Source of the DNA: Eledone cirrhosa
Taxonomy: Eukaryota
Direction: 5' to 3'
Length of the DNA: 64,000 nucleotides
Assembly (NCBI GenBank): GCA_964016885.1
Contig: OZ024743.1
Coordinates: 312,294,001-312,358,000 of the forward strand
Each line of letters starts with the position of its first letter. The stretch's first letter is position 1. The position numbers and the translations under genes are program-made. Under the pieces are notes generated by a model that did not search any database, was not told the origin of the DNA, and was given only the letters and a program-made list of their open reading frames with translations. Positions 36,803-49,843 of the stretch are shown piece by piece.

Positions 36803-38235
36803 ATCATCATCATCATTTAACATTCATTTTCCATGCTAGCATGGGTTAGACCAATTGCCCCGTTGTGAGACAAGCCAGGTCCAATGACCATGACTTGGTC
36901 ATACAAGACTGGTTTTGGTTTGGTCTCTACAGCTGGATGCCCTTCCTAACACCAACAACATTTACAGTGTGGGCTGCGTGCTTTTTGTCGTGTCACCTAC
37001 ATCACCACTCTACAGTGTGGGTTGGGCGCTTTTTGTCGTGACACCTACACGACCACTTTACAATGTGGGCTGGGTGCTTTTTGTCGTGACACCTACACGA
37101 CCACTTTACAGTGTGGGCTGGGTGCTTTTTGTCGTGACACCTACACGACCACTCTACAGTGTGGGTTGGGCGCTTTTTGTCGTGACACCTACACGACCAC
37201 TTTACAGTGTGGGCTGGGTGCTTTTTGTCGTGACACCTACACGACCACTTTACAGTGTGGGCTGGGTGCTTTTTGTCGTGACACCTACACGACCACTTTA
37301 CAGTGTGGGCTGGGTGCTTTTTGTCGTGACACCTACACGACCACTTTACAGTGTGGGCTGGGTGCTTTTTGTCGTGTCACCTACACGACCACTTTACAGT
37401 GTGGGCTGGGTGCTTTTTGTCGTGACACCTACACGACCTCTTTATAATGTGGGCTGGGCACTTTTGTCGTAACACCTACATGACCTCTTTAATGTGCAGG
37501 CTGGGGACTTGGTAGGTGGGGGATCAGGAGCTAGATCTAAGAGCGTGTGTGTGGGGGCATGGGTGGAGTGTTACGACTACTTGTACGCACTACTTTCCTC
37601 CACCCCCTCATGTGCATGAGGGGTGGGGGAAAGTAGTGCGTACAAGGTATATACTTCAACCTGTGCACATTGGAAGGCGAATCTTCTGTATTACTTCATA
37701 ACGCCAGAGATCTCGATCCTTTGTCATCGCTTTCAAAAGATGCAATTGTAGAAGGTCAGCTTTTATTACCTCATCCCAAGTCTTGAAGGTCTTCCTACTC
37801 CATAGCTTCCATCAACCTTGAGCACCCTGCACCTTTTTATACAGCTGTCATCCTTCATATGCACCACATGTCCATACCCATGCAGTCTCCTCTCCTGCAC
37901 ACTGCATCTGATCTCTCTGATGCCCAGTTTCTCTCTTGGTTCATTTATGCTTTGCCATTCATGTATATTACTCTTACACATCCATCAAAGCATGGAAGAT
38001 TCATTTCTTTCCAATCTTCGCAGTTCCTCTGCACACAGTACCCAAGTCTCACTACCATGCAACATTGCTCTTTATACACACGCATCACACAATCCGGGAA
38101 ACACCTTTTGTGGCTAGCAGCGGCAGTAGCTCCCTGAACTTTCTTCATCCCGTTCTCACTCCAGCTTCAATGCTTTTGGAACATCCATCTCCACTGCTAA
38201 TTTGGTCGCCCAGGTAATGGAAACTATCAATTACT
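36803..38235 (-). mobile_element. RTE LINE 3' fragment with expanded 3' UTR minisatellite
   Basis: - strand MCKSNIHEWQSINEPREKLGIREIRCSVQERRLH...GRP; (ATC)n tail on the + strand at ~36803-36816. Confidence 0.85.
36961..37505. repeat. 48-bp tandem array, about 11 units
   Basis: Unit TTTACAGTGTGGGCTGGGTGCTTTTTGTCGTGACACCTACACGACCAC; gives a 16-aa repeat in the ORF track. Confidence 0.95.
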
Positions 38236-38899
38236 GTCAGAGTATTTATTATGTCTTAGTTTGTCAACAGGTTCAGCTAATTGTTAACTTGGCCTTTCAT
38301 CCTTACAGGGTCGATAAAATAAAGTACCAGTAATACACTGGGTAATTGCTGGCCTTGTGCCAAAAGTAGAAACAATTATTATTGCTATTATTGTCAATGT
38401 TACTATGTTTTATTGCTTTTCCAGCAGTCTGAAAAATGTTTATTTTGAACGTTGTATACAATAAACTGATGTAAACTTGAATTTTCAGTCTCTTAAATTT
38501 TTTCATGTTTTCATTTTTGACAAAATATTATTATTATTTTTTTTACTGGTTTCAGTCTTAAAATTGATGCCATGCTGGGAATTTATGTGATTCTATTAAC
38601 CCTGGTACTTATTTCACCAATCATGAGATTATGAGTTTGATTCCCAGACTGGACAGTGTGTTGTCTCCTTGAGCAAGACACTTTATTTCCCATTGCTCCA
38701 GTTCACTCAGTTGGAAAAAAATAATTGCAACATTACTGGTACCAAGCTGTATCAGCTTTTGCCTTTTGCTTGGACAGCATTGGGGACATGGAGAGAGGAG
38801 ACTGGTATGCATGGGTGACTTCTGGTCTTCCAGAAAATTACATTGTCTGGGCTTATGCCATGGAGGAGAATTTTCTAGGTACAAAACCCATTGTAATTC

Positions 38900-41800
38900 G
38901 TGACTGAAACAAGGCCGGAATCATCGGAGTATAAATCAAAAGTTAGAACACAGATAACCTTGTCAAAGAACATTCTGGGGATATCGCATATGGGAAGGAA
39001 GCAAAAGTAATAGATATTAGCATTGATAGAAGAAGAATAAGAAAAATCGACCGTCAATATGGAGTTTGCGGAAATACGGCAAATGATTTCCGCTTTAAGC
39101 CAAGAAATAGCAGGAATCAAATCAAGCATTCGTATAGAACCTCACAATAAGGATCTCACCGGAGTGCTTTGTTAAAAAATCTCTGCATACCTCTTGCCGA
39201 ATTTAGACGCATTGAGAATGCCACTGAATCTGTAAACCATGAAGAGATTGCCATTGGTGTACCAGAAGACATAGTTGATCTTCAGATATTTGCTGCTAGT
39301 TCATTCAAAGACTTGGGCTGTGCTCCCCCGAAGGGTGCTCTATGCCTTGGCCGACCAGGTCCGAAACCCAGGTTAATTAGACTGTCTTTTTCGAATTCAA
39401 CTGAGGCACAGTCATATCCTTTGGCTTCTGATAAAGCTAGGCGTGAAAGTCGGATTGCCTTCCGAACACGCCCTGGTCTTCCACCTGATGTCCGCCCAAA
39501 GCTGCATGCTGCAGCTTCCTTAAACCGCAACTCTAGCAGAACATGAAAACTTCAGCCTACGTGATGATGGGCAGATATGGAAGTTTATTAAAGCTGGTGA
39601 AACATGGAAAAGAGATACCAGCTGGTCTGAAAACACTGTACCTACAACAACTGACAAAAAAAAAACTGAAAAAACTCTGGGAAACTAAATCAGAACAACC
39701 TGCCATTCCCTGCACATAATCATAGACTGGAATGAAGGTACAAATTGTTGTCCTTAAATGCACATAGTCTATGCTATAAGATACATCTTTTTGACTCCTA
39801 CGTCAAAAGTATCGACCCAGACTTCATTACAGTCACGGAAACACGGGCACATTCCTTACTCTGTGATGGGGTTTCCAGCATAACTGGCTACAACTTGTTT
39901 CATAAAGACCACATTACTCATCGTGGTGGTGGTGTAATGGTCTACATACGGTCAAATTTTTCAGCAATTCCTTGTGTTGATTTGAACCAATCGCTGCAAG
40001 AAGTATTTTTCTGCGATATACGTATGACCATGTCAAGACTGCTACTTGGAGTCGTTTACCATCCCTCAAATTACCATCAGGACACTCAACTTTGTGATAT
40101 CCTCAGAGCTGCTGCCAGGAAAACAGCCACTTATGTTTTTATTGCAGGGGACTTCAATCACCCTAGGATTGACTGGGAAACGTTTCATTGGCTTCAAAGT
40201 ACAAATGATTTCCTTGAGCTAGTGCTGGACTCGTATTGGTCCCAAGTAGTCACCTCCCCAACAAAGGTGACAACACTTTAGATCTACTCTTCACCACTAT
40301 TCCTGAAAAGGTTATTAGTGTTACTACTGAGTAACCTTTAGGTGACTCTGATTATGCTATGATCATTGCCAATCTATCCCTCATGAGCAGTAACAAAAAC
40401 CACAACCATCTCAAAACTGGTCACTTTGATTGGAATAGAGCAGACTGGAACTGTTACTGCACTGAGCTGCAACGTCCAAACTGGCTTGAGTTTTCCGATT
40501 CTGGAGACACTGTACTCCAGAACATCCTGAACTCAATATGGACAGCATGTGCAGTATCGGTGCCACGTAAGCAGAAAAAACAAAAGTGCAATTTGGGAGA
40601 CTGCAGCAGTCCGTCTTGCTAGAAAAGAATGTTGTAATGCTGAATGTGAGTACAAACTGCATAAATCAGATATCAATAGGAAAAAGCGAAATAGATCGTC
40701 CAACCATCTCAAGCACGTGACAAAAAAGGCAGTGCTTGAATTTGAGCAGTGCATAGCAACCAACTCTGACAGTAAGCTGTTCTGGAAGTATGTTTACTCA
40801 AAGCAGAGGCCTCACTCTCCAGTTGGTCCTCTTCGCAATCCCCACACAAGCCAGGTTACTGACGACCCCAAGGAATGCGCAGCACTCATTGCTGAGTGCT
40901 ATGCAGGCATTTTCACAGTTGAGGACCAGAGCGTACCAGCTCCACCACCCCTGACATCGGATTCTATTATAACTATGGAATTTACACCTGCAATGCTGCG
41001 ACGCCACCTTAAAAATAAACGCAACCATGCCTCTCCTGGTCTTGATGGTGTTACGTACCTGCTTCTTAAACGTGGTGGGTACTTCCTTCTGCACCAGCTA
41101 TCATGCTTCTTCCAATTCTGTCTGAACAACGGTGCTACTCCAGAACAGTGGAAAACTGCCAGTGTCATTCCTCTGTTCAAAAAGGGTGACCGCACATCAC
41201 CTGTGAACTATCGTCCAGTCAGTCTTACTAGCTGCATTGCTAAACTGATGGAATCCTGTGTTAGAGAAACACTTTGGAACTTCTGGAACTCTCACAGTCT
41301 TATCCGGCCCTTGCAATTTGGATTTATCCCTAACTCCAGCTGCTGTAATCAACTTATCGAATTTCTTGAAGACATCACCCGGATCACTGATGGAGGCTCA
41401 TGGGTGGATGTTGTTTACCTTGACTTTGCGAACGCTTTCAATTCTGTGCCACACAAAAGGCTTATGGCAAAACTCTCTGCAATGGGTGTGAAGGATGATC
41501 TTTTTAACTGGTTGAAGTCCTTTATTCTCAGTTGAAGAGAGGTAATCATGGTTCTAGGACAGCATTCCTCACACTATGGCTGTGTACAAGTGTACCACCA
41601 TGCATTTTGGGAGTAAAAACCCAGCGTCCACTTACTCCCTCCACAACACTAATATCAAGAAGTCTTCTTGTGAACGTGACCTGGGCATTACAGTCAGCAG
41701 CGATTTGCTTTGGATGAATCACGTCTCTAAAATTGTCAAGAAGGCCGAGGGTGTCTTAGCATCACTCAGCAAGACCTTTGTCAGCCGCTCTCCAGCTATC

Positions 41801-42420
41801 TATTTAAAGCTGTATATAGCTATGGTGCGGCCACACTTAGAATTTGCATCACCATTCTGGAACCCCTATCTTGCTCAGAACATTGACCACCTGGAAACTG
41901 TTCAGAGACGTGCAACCAAGCGAATACCCTCCATCAGTCATCTACCATACTCTGAACGCCTTGCTTCCCTGGGCATGGATACATTGAAGCTCCGACGTCT
42001 GGCAACTGACTTGGTAAAAACCCACAAAATTATTAACCATCTTGCTAACAACCCTGAGCACCTTTTTGATTTCCATGTGTCTAACACACGTGGGCATGCC
42101 CACAAAGTCAGAAAACAGCACAGCTCCCATGACCTTCGGAAACATTTTTTCACGCTCAGAGTTGCTGAAGCATGGAACAAACTACCAGCATCAGTTATTA
42201 GCTGTCGAGACACTACATCCTTTAAAACCTCCATGCTTCCTGAGATTCGCCAACACTACACCTAATATTCTCCCTCCATACACACGCACACATCTATATC
42301 ATGACTCATACCCTATTCACTTCCCTGACATTTGTATATTATTCAATGTACTATACATGCACCTTTGACGAGTTGCAGTGCACCTGAGCACTGTACACAA
42401 TAATTTCATTATTATTATCA
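38900..42420 (+). mobile_element. CR1-clade LINE, decayed (ORF1 remnant + ORF2 with frameshifts and RT deletion)
   Basis: LSLNAHSL, ITVTET, GGGVMVY, GDFNHP, SPGLDG, NYRPVSLTS, YLDFANAFNSVPH, ERDLGI, VRPHLEFA, LETVQRRATK, AWNKLP. The QGSVLGP/FADD block is missing at ~41575. Tail CACCTGAGCACTGTACACAATAATTTC(ATT)n. Confidence 0.9.
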
Positions 42421-43048
42421 TTATCATCATTTAAGATTAATATATATTAATAATATATTTTAATAATGAAAAAAATTATTTTTCTCTATTTTTCTCTGTA
42501 AACATCACTGAGTGTCTGTACAATCAAGAATGCCAGACATCGCTATTTCAAGATTTATTAATCTTTCATCAGTGACATTCTCTTAACCATTCTCTTATCC
42601 ACAAAGAAATAGAGAAAAATAAATTTTTGTTACAAAAATATTTTTATTTATATAGTGAGACTACCAACATGGTTATTGTATATAAACATATAGTATAAGC
42701 TTTCATATACCTATTTAATAGGTCTGGAGGAAGAAATAGTGTCCATGAATTTCACATAAACTCTGGGACCAGAAATACCAATGCCATTAATGTTTGATTC
42801 AGGTTCAGTTTTGGGGGAAATATATAAGCAGGGAGAGAGTTCCAGAGAGCCAACATTCTAGGCAAGAAAGATTGAGTATAGTGATTGATGTAGGAGGTGG
42901 AAAAGGAGAGGTATAGTGAGGAGACAGCACATCTGTGGGTCAATTAGCAGGTGAGTGGCTTTTTCTGGATGCAGTCTAGGATGCCAGAATGAGCATCATC
43001 AGCACCACCTCAGATGTGAAAGCAGTACTTCACTTAGTTACTTGACTT

Positions 43049-43435
43049 CATCATCATCATCATCATCATCATTTTTATGTCCGCTTTTCCCTGCTTGCAA
43101 GTGTGGGACGGGAACTGATTCTGGCTTGATTTCTACAGCTGGATGCCCTTCCTAACACCAACCTCATTTACAGTGAGTGCTGGGTGCCTTTTTTCCGTGG
43201 CACCTCCACGTCCACTTTACAGTGTGAGCTGGGTCCTTTTTGCCGTGGCACCTCCACGACCACTTTGCAGTGGAATGATAGGGACCCCAGTCCTATCATC
43301 TCATTTCTACAGCTGAGTAAACTGGAGCAATGTGAAATAAAGTGTCTTGCTCAAGGAAACACCACATCACCCGGTCTGAGAACTCACAACCCTTCGATTG
43401 CAAGGTCAATGCTCTAACCACTAAGCCATGTGGCT
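43049..43435 (-). mobile_element. tRNA-headed CORE-like SINE with RTE-type 3' tail (second copy ~53557-53830; head/core fragment ~38620-38720, plus)
   Basis: - strand TGGCTTAGTGGTTAGAGC...GAGTTC..., CCTTGAGCAAGACACTTTATTTCACATTGCTCCAGTTTACTCAGCTGTAGAAATG (CORE-like), ending TTGCAAGCAGGGAAAAGCGGACATAAAAA(TGA)n. Confidence 0.75.
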
Positions 43436-43536
43436 CCATGTGATAATTATCATGCTAATTATAATTAATTTCACACAAGTCAGCATGACACACAAGGGTT
43501 CTAAGGGCAATATTGTCAAGATGACAACATTCTTAC

Positions 43537-43643
43537 CTATCTGGCGTCAAATCTTTTTCTTTCTTTTTCTTCCCTTTTTTTCCACTCCCCTTTTTTTTTT
43601 TACCAGATTTCCCTTTCTTTTTGGATTTTTCTCGATCCACTGC
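43537..43643 (-). CDS. IQCA1: IQCA1/DRC11-like exon 7 of 7 in window
   Basis: cag|AVDREKSKKKGKSGKKKKGSGKKGKKKKEKDLTPD-AG|gtaag; 107 nt, phase 0 in, phase 2 out. Matches the remembered IQCA1 segment AVDRE...KDLTADR. Confidence 0.88.
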
Positions 43644-44031
43644 CTGCAAGTAACAAACAGAAACAGGTAATTAGAGATACAAATAAGTGGCCATGTGCCT
43701 TCCTACCTACCAAATTCTAACTACATACAATATTGAGCAAAACACGGTCCTTTGAACTAGATTTTTCACAATGGGATAGCCCATCCTACACATGCTAGCG
43801 TGGAAAATGGATGTTAAATGATGATGATGATATAGTGAGAAAAATGATGAAGTTTCGTTTATATGTATTTATATTTTTATTGTTTACCTGTAACATGCAT
43901 AATACACGAATACACAATAAAAACATAAATACATGTAAACAAAACTTCATCATTTTTCTCATTATATACACTTTACCTGTGCATTGAGTGCTCATGTTGG
44001 TACTACCTCCAGTAATTCACTGAATCACATA

Positions 44032-44072
<41 letters not shown>

Positions 44073-44788
44073 AAGGTTGCAATAAATGTGTCGGTAGGTG
44101 GTATGCCATTTGAGCACTCGATGCTCATGCGAAGCAGAGTATATTATTATAGATAACGAGGAATCAGTGATGCATCAAAATACAATTTATTAACATATTA
44201 CATATGTTTCTCTGATGATCAGCTCAAGGCAGGATCTATTATAGATCAAACCTGACTCTGCATTCACAAGGTCCTCAGATATGTTTATCATTTTCAAGGA
44301 ATTTCTTCCAACTGGCAATATTCAATCCGTCTCATCCTCAGCAATTGACATCATCCTGTTGATGCAGCCTATTGATTAGTTTAGAATTTGAGGTGTCACC
44401 TCCTTCCTTGACCAGTCAAATACGTCCACTGCCTGCAGTTATTCACGCGTGGCCTGTCCATCACCTGAACTTGGTCAGCAAATTACTACTGTGTGGGCGC
44501 AGACGTATAAAAATATCTACCACTACCCAAGTCTACTCATACACAGACACACACACAAACACACACATATGTATGCATACATACATACACACACACCCAT
44601 ACATGCACGTATATGTATAAATATATATACACACACACACACACATATGTATATATACATACACACACATACGTATACGCACATACACACATACAAATAC
44701 ACGCACTTGCATACATCCATACATGCACGCACATATATATATATACATACACACACACACAGGCGCCCACAGATACATTCTCCAACCC

Positions 44789-44858
<70 letters not shown>

Positions 44859-45008
44859 GGAGGATTATATTTGGAAAAGTAAACAGGATAAAGAAGAATT
44901 TACCTATTCACTGTCCTGACAGGTAATATATACCTCTATAACGGGAAGAAAGTGATCGGCAGCCATTATGGAGATGATGTCTTATTCTGTAGTGGCTGCT
45001 GTGCCGTA

Positions 45009-45204
45009 CAGTGTTCGGCAACCATAGTTGCCCTTTTGTTCAACACTGACAAAGTTAATATGCATAAGGAAAGTATATACTTTCAAACGTTCAATAGACT
45101 GACAGGAAGGTATACGGTGTTGATGACAGCTAATAAGCTAGAAACTAGTTCATCGTTCCTTTGTCAGTGTTGAACAAAAGGGCAACGATGGTTGCCAAAC
45201 ACTG
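45009..45204. mobile_element. Tc1/mariner-type MITE
   Basis: TA|CAGTGTTCGGCAACCATAGTTGCCCTTTTGTTCAACACTGACAAAG...CTTTGTCAGTGTTGAACAAAAGGGCAACGATGGTTGCCAAACACTG|TA: ~46-bp TIRs, TA duplication. Confidence 0.75.
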
Positions 45205-45431
45205 TATGGCTTAATTTAGGCTGTTTGTTTACAAACAAACCGAACATTACATACATACATATATATATGTGTGCATGTATGTATGTATATACATACTACT
45301 GTACGTCTGTATACATATATGTATGTATGTATACATACTTACATTTAAGTATCAACCGTACTTCGAGTGAGAAATGAAATTTCATTTTTTCCATTTATAT
45401 ACATATATATATATATAATTATATATATATA

Positions 45432-45497
<66 letters not shown>

Positions 45498-45577
45498 ATA
45501 AATTAACGGAGGCATAGGCCGTCGTTATTCCCTGTAAATAATGTGCTCAAAGGGGAAGAGATCCTGAGCCCTTTAAA

Positions 45578-45874
45578 ATATATGTTGAGAAGGTAACACA
45601 CCAGAGAGAGATATATAGTGCGTTATCAATAATACAGGGAAAAAACCACCAGTGTATGGAATCTATAACCTATGAAAGGCAGACTATAGACACGATAATT
45701 AAAAATATAAATTAAAGAAAGGTATTTATTTACGCTTTAATTTATATTTTTAATTATCGTGTCTATAGTCTGCCTTTCATAGGTTATAGATTCCATACAC
45801 TGGTGGTTTTTTCCCTGTATTATTGATAACGCACTATATATCTCTCTCTGGTGTGTTACCTTCTCAACATATAT
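45578..45874. repeat. Apparently perfect foldback, 140-bp arms and 17-nt spacer
   Basis: 45578-45717 is the reverse complement of 45735-45874 with no mismatch seen; lies between (TA)n tracts. Confidence 0.95.
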
Positions 45875-45890
45875 ATATATATATATATAT

Positions 45891-48477
45891 ATCATCATCA
45901 TCATCATCGTTTAACGTCCATGTTCCACGCTTGCATGGGTTTGGACGGGAGTTTTCCCACTTGAGGCAAGAGTGGTTGTCTTGCTTGCATAGGACTGTCT
46001 GGCGGGTTTTCTACAGCTGGATGCGCTTCCTAACACCAACCACATTTACAGTGTGGGACTGTGAGGTTTTTACCATGTTGCCTACACGGCCACATTACAG
46101 CGTGGACTGTGTGTTTTTTTTGTCGTGACACCTACACGATCTCATTTGTTTCGGCCTGGATATTGTGGCACCAACATAACTTTATATTGAAAGGGGCGGT
46201 GTGGATGGGGTGGTGGTGGTGGGACGGGGGTGTATTTTGTTAGAGATGCCTACTGACTGTAGTAGGTTTTACTTTGTATTTAGGTAAGGCGAGTCTTCTC
46301 TATTACTGAGTACCGCCAAAGATCTCGGTCCAGTGACATTGTCTTGGAGAGGTGTAAGTGTGTGAGGTCGGAATTTATCAGGTCGTCCCAGGTTTTTCTG
46401 GGTCTGCCTACTCCGTGGCTACCGTCTAACTTTATTGCCCTGCACTTTTTTATACAGCTGTCGTCTTTCATGCGCATCACGTGACCATACCAATGTAGCC
46501 TTCTCTCGAGTAAACAACATCTGATCCCTCTTATTTCTAATTTTTCCCTTAGTTCGTTTATGCTTTGCCGTTCGCGTATATTACTATTACACATCCAGCG
46601 GAGCATGCAAGCTTTGTTCCTCTCTAGTCTGCGTATATCCTCTGCAAACAATGCCCAGGTCTCACTGCCATGCAACATTCCTGTTCGTATGCAGGCATCA
46701 TATAGCCTGCCTTTCATTTTTAGGGAGAACCCTTTAGCGGCTAATAGTGGTATAAGCTCTCTGAACTTTTTCCATCCAGTTCTGACTCTAGCTACTGTAC
46801 TTTCAGAGCACCCTCCCCCACTGCTGATTTTGTCACCCAGGTAACGGAAGCTGTCCACTATTTCTATAGAACCCTCTGCACAATTGAAAGAGCTAGTATT
46901 CTGTGGGCACTTGCTGCTACTTATTGCACCATAGCACCGGCCACATGTAAAATCTATGTTCTTAGTTAGCTTACCTGTGATCCCACTATATCTTTTATGC
47001 ACCCATACTTTGCATTTGGGACATAAAATGGAGTTTCTACCTATGCCTTTCCTACACACTGAGCATGGACATTTCCTGGAAGGGACCGGCGCCTTATTTT
47101 CTTTCCTACAAACTAGAACTTTAGTCCTAGCCAGGTTAATTTTAAGGCCTTTTGATTCTAGGCCGTGCTTCCATGTTTGGAATTTCTTCTCTAGCTCGGC
47201 CATTGATTCAGCTATGAGCGTTAGATCATCTGCGTATAGGAGTTCCCATGGGCAGCCGGTCTTGAACTCCATTGTTATAGCCTGAAGGGCAATAATAAAT
47301 AGTAGGGGGCTAAAAACAGAGCTCTGATGAACACCAACTTTTACGCTAAACTCTTCACTATATTCGTTGTTAATTCTAACCTTGCTGACTATTTCTTTAT
47401 ACATGGCTTGTATAGCTCTCACAAGCCATTCATCAACACCAAGTTTTCTAAGAGCCCACCAGATTATGGAACGGGGGACTCTGTCAAAGGCTTTCTCCAA
47501 GTCGACAAAAGCTAAGTATAGGGGTTTACTTTTAGCTAGGTACTTCTCCTGTAGTTGTCGTACAATGAAAAGAGCATCTGTGGTACTTTTGCCTGACACA
47601 AACCCGAACTGCATTTCATCTAGATCAATTCTCTCTCTGATTAGTTGCGCTATAATTTTTCCGTGACCTTCATGTCCTGGTCGATTAATTTAATGCCTCT
47701 ATAGTTACTCCTATCTAGGGCGTCTCCTTTACCCTTGTAGCAGTTAATGATGATGCTGCTACGCCAGTCTTTCGGAACAACCCCATTCTGTATGACTTGG
47801 TTTACTATCCGGGTGACCATAGTGCGTCCCACCGTTCCAGAGGCTTTCAGCATCTCAGCAACTATTTCCGAAGACCCAGCCGCCTTGCCCGTCTTCATAT
47901 CTTTGATTGCCTTACTTAGTAGTATACTACCTTCGACTAACACTGCTGGTCCCTCTATTGGGTCGATGTGGGGGAGACTGTCTTTCTCCCATTTATTCTC
48001 CTCATTTAGTAGCCTTTCATAGTGACACTTCCAAGCTACCTTCTTATCAGCGTCAGTGATGGCAAGTACGCCATCATCATTAAGTACACACTTCTTTCCG
48101 ACAATATCACGGTTTTCCTTGACACATAGCCTAGCAATCCTGAACACCTCACGTTTTTGGTCCTCGCGTTGTAGAACATGCTTGAACTTTCTTTCCTCTG
48201 CTTCCCTTCTTGCAAAGTACACTTGTCTCCTAGCTTCCCTCCTGGCCACTTGATAGTCTTCTCTACTTCCCCCATCCCACCATACTTTCCAAGCCTGCTT
48301 TTTGGCCTTAATTGACTCCTCCACCTTACTGTTCCACCACCATGTTACTCTCCTCCTGACCACAGGCCTGCTCCAGCCACAGACTTCGTCTGCCGCCATC
48401 AGCAGGTTTGCTTTCAGGAATTCCCACTGTTCCTCTATATTGTACGACTCCAATTGCTCTTCCTTACTGTCGAAAGC
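45891..48477 (-). mobile_element. RTE-clade LINE (same family as 24630-27058), 5'-truncated
   Basis: ORFs 47650..48552 and 46280..47614: QFGFVSGKST, DLEKAFDRVP, YADD, PHD, GRPRKTW. Tail (ATC)n on the + strand at 45891-45908. Confidence 0.92.
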
Positions 48478-49505
48478 AATAAGTAGCAGCAAGTGCCCAC
48501 AGAATACTAGCTCATTCCATTGCACAGATGGTTCTATAGAAATAGTGGACACCTTCCGTTACCTGGGTGACAAAATCAGCAGTGGTGGAGGGTGCTCTGA
48601 AAGTACAGTAGTTAGAGTCAGAACGGGATGGAAAAATTTCAGAGAGCTTATACCACTATTGGCCGTTAAAGGGTTCTCTCTAAAAATGAAAGGCAGGCTG
48701 TATGATGCCTGCATACGAACAGCAATGTTACATGGCAGTGAGACTTGGGCATTGTGTGCAGAGGATATACGCAGACTGGAGAGGAACGAAGCTTGCATTC
48801 TCCACTGGATGTGTAATAGTAATATACGTGAACGGCAAAGCATAAACGAACTAAGGGAGAAATTAGGAATAAGAGGGATCAGATGTTGTTTACTCTCGAG
48901 AGAAGACTACGTTGGTACGGTCACGTGATGCGCATGAAAGACGACAGCTGAATAAAAAAGTGCAGGCCGATAAAAATAGACGGTAGCCACGGAGTAGGCA
49001 GACCCAGAAAAACCTGGGACGACTTGATAAATTTTGACCTCACACACTTACACCTCTCCAAGACAATGTCACTGGACCGAGATCTTTGGTGCTACACAGT
49101 AACACAGAAGACCCGCTTTGCCAAAGTACAAAGCGAAACCTACAGTCAGTAGGCACCTCTTAACAAAAATACACCCCCGTCCCACTACCCCCACCCCATC
49201 CACACCACCCCTTTCAATGTAAAGTTATGTTGGTACCACAACATCCAGTCAGAAATAAATGAGGTCGTGTAGGTGTCACGACAAAAAAACACACAGTTCA
49301 CGCTGTAATGTGGCCGTGTAGGTAACACGGTAAAAACCTCCCAGTATACACTGTAAACGTGGTTGGTGTTAGGAAGGGCATCCAGTCGTAGAAAACCCGC
49401 CAGACAGTCCTATACGAGCAAGACAACCAATCTTGCCTCAAGTGGGAAAACCCATGCAAGCGTGGAAGATGGACGTTAAATGATGTGATGATAATGATGA
49501 TGATA
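48476..49505 (+). mobile_element. Second RTE 3' fragment joined head to head with the preceding copy
   Basis: Starts GCAATAAGTAGCAGCAAGTGCCCAC (matches ~26019), continues FRYLG...MLHGSETW, full 3' UTR, then (TGA)n tail followed by TA. Confidence 0.9.
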
Positions 49506-49843
49506 TATACCATATATATGTGAATATAAATAAATCAATCCGAATACAAACCAACCTTCTATTTAATGTCAGAGAAATGGGCAAAAATCCAAAACCCATT
49601 TATAAGCCATGCCAGCTAATCAACACATATTTAGATGGTGCTGTTTTGAAATTTTCATGAGTGGAGAATATATTTATGAAGTTTTAATATTTTGTTTGAT
49701 ATTTAAAATGTTTTAAGTGATGTTAGAGAATGGTTTTTGTTTTAAAACTCCATTCTCGCCTCCACTCACACACTTATCACGGTATCTAGTAATATGTGAA
49801 AAAAAGATGAAATGTAGTAGGATTTCTACTGGTACAGCTGCTA

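Noticed and set aside
36915-37505. CRISPR-like array or repetitive protein (PLYSVGWVLFVVTPTR)n
   Set aside because: Units are contiguous with no unique spacers, there are no cas genes, the context is eukaryotic, and the unit derives from a retroelement 3' UTR.
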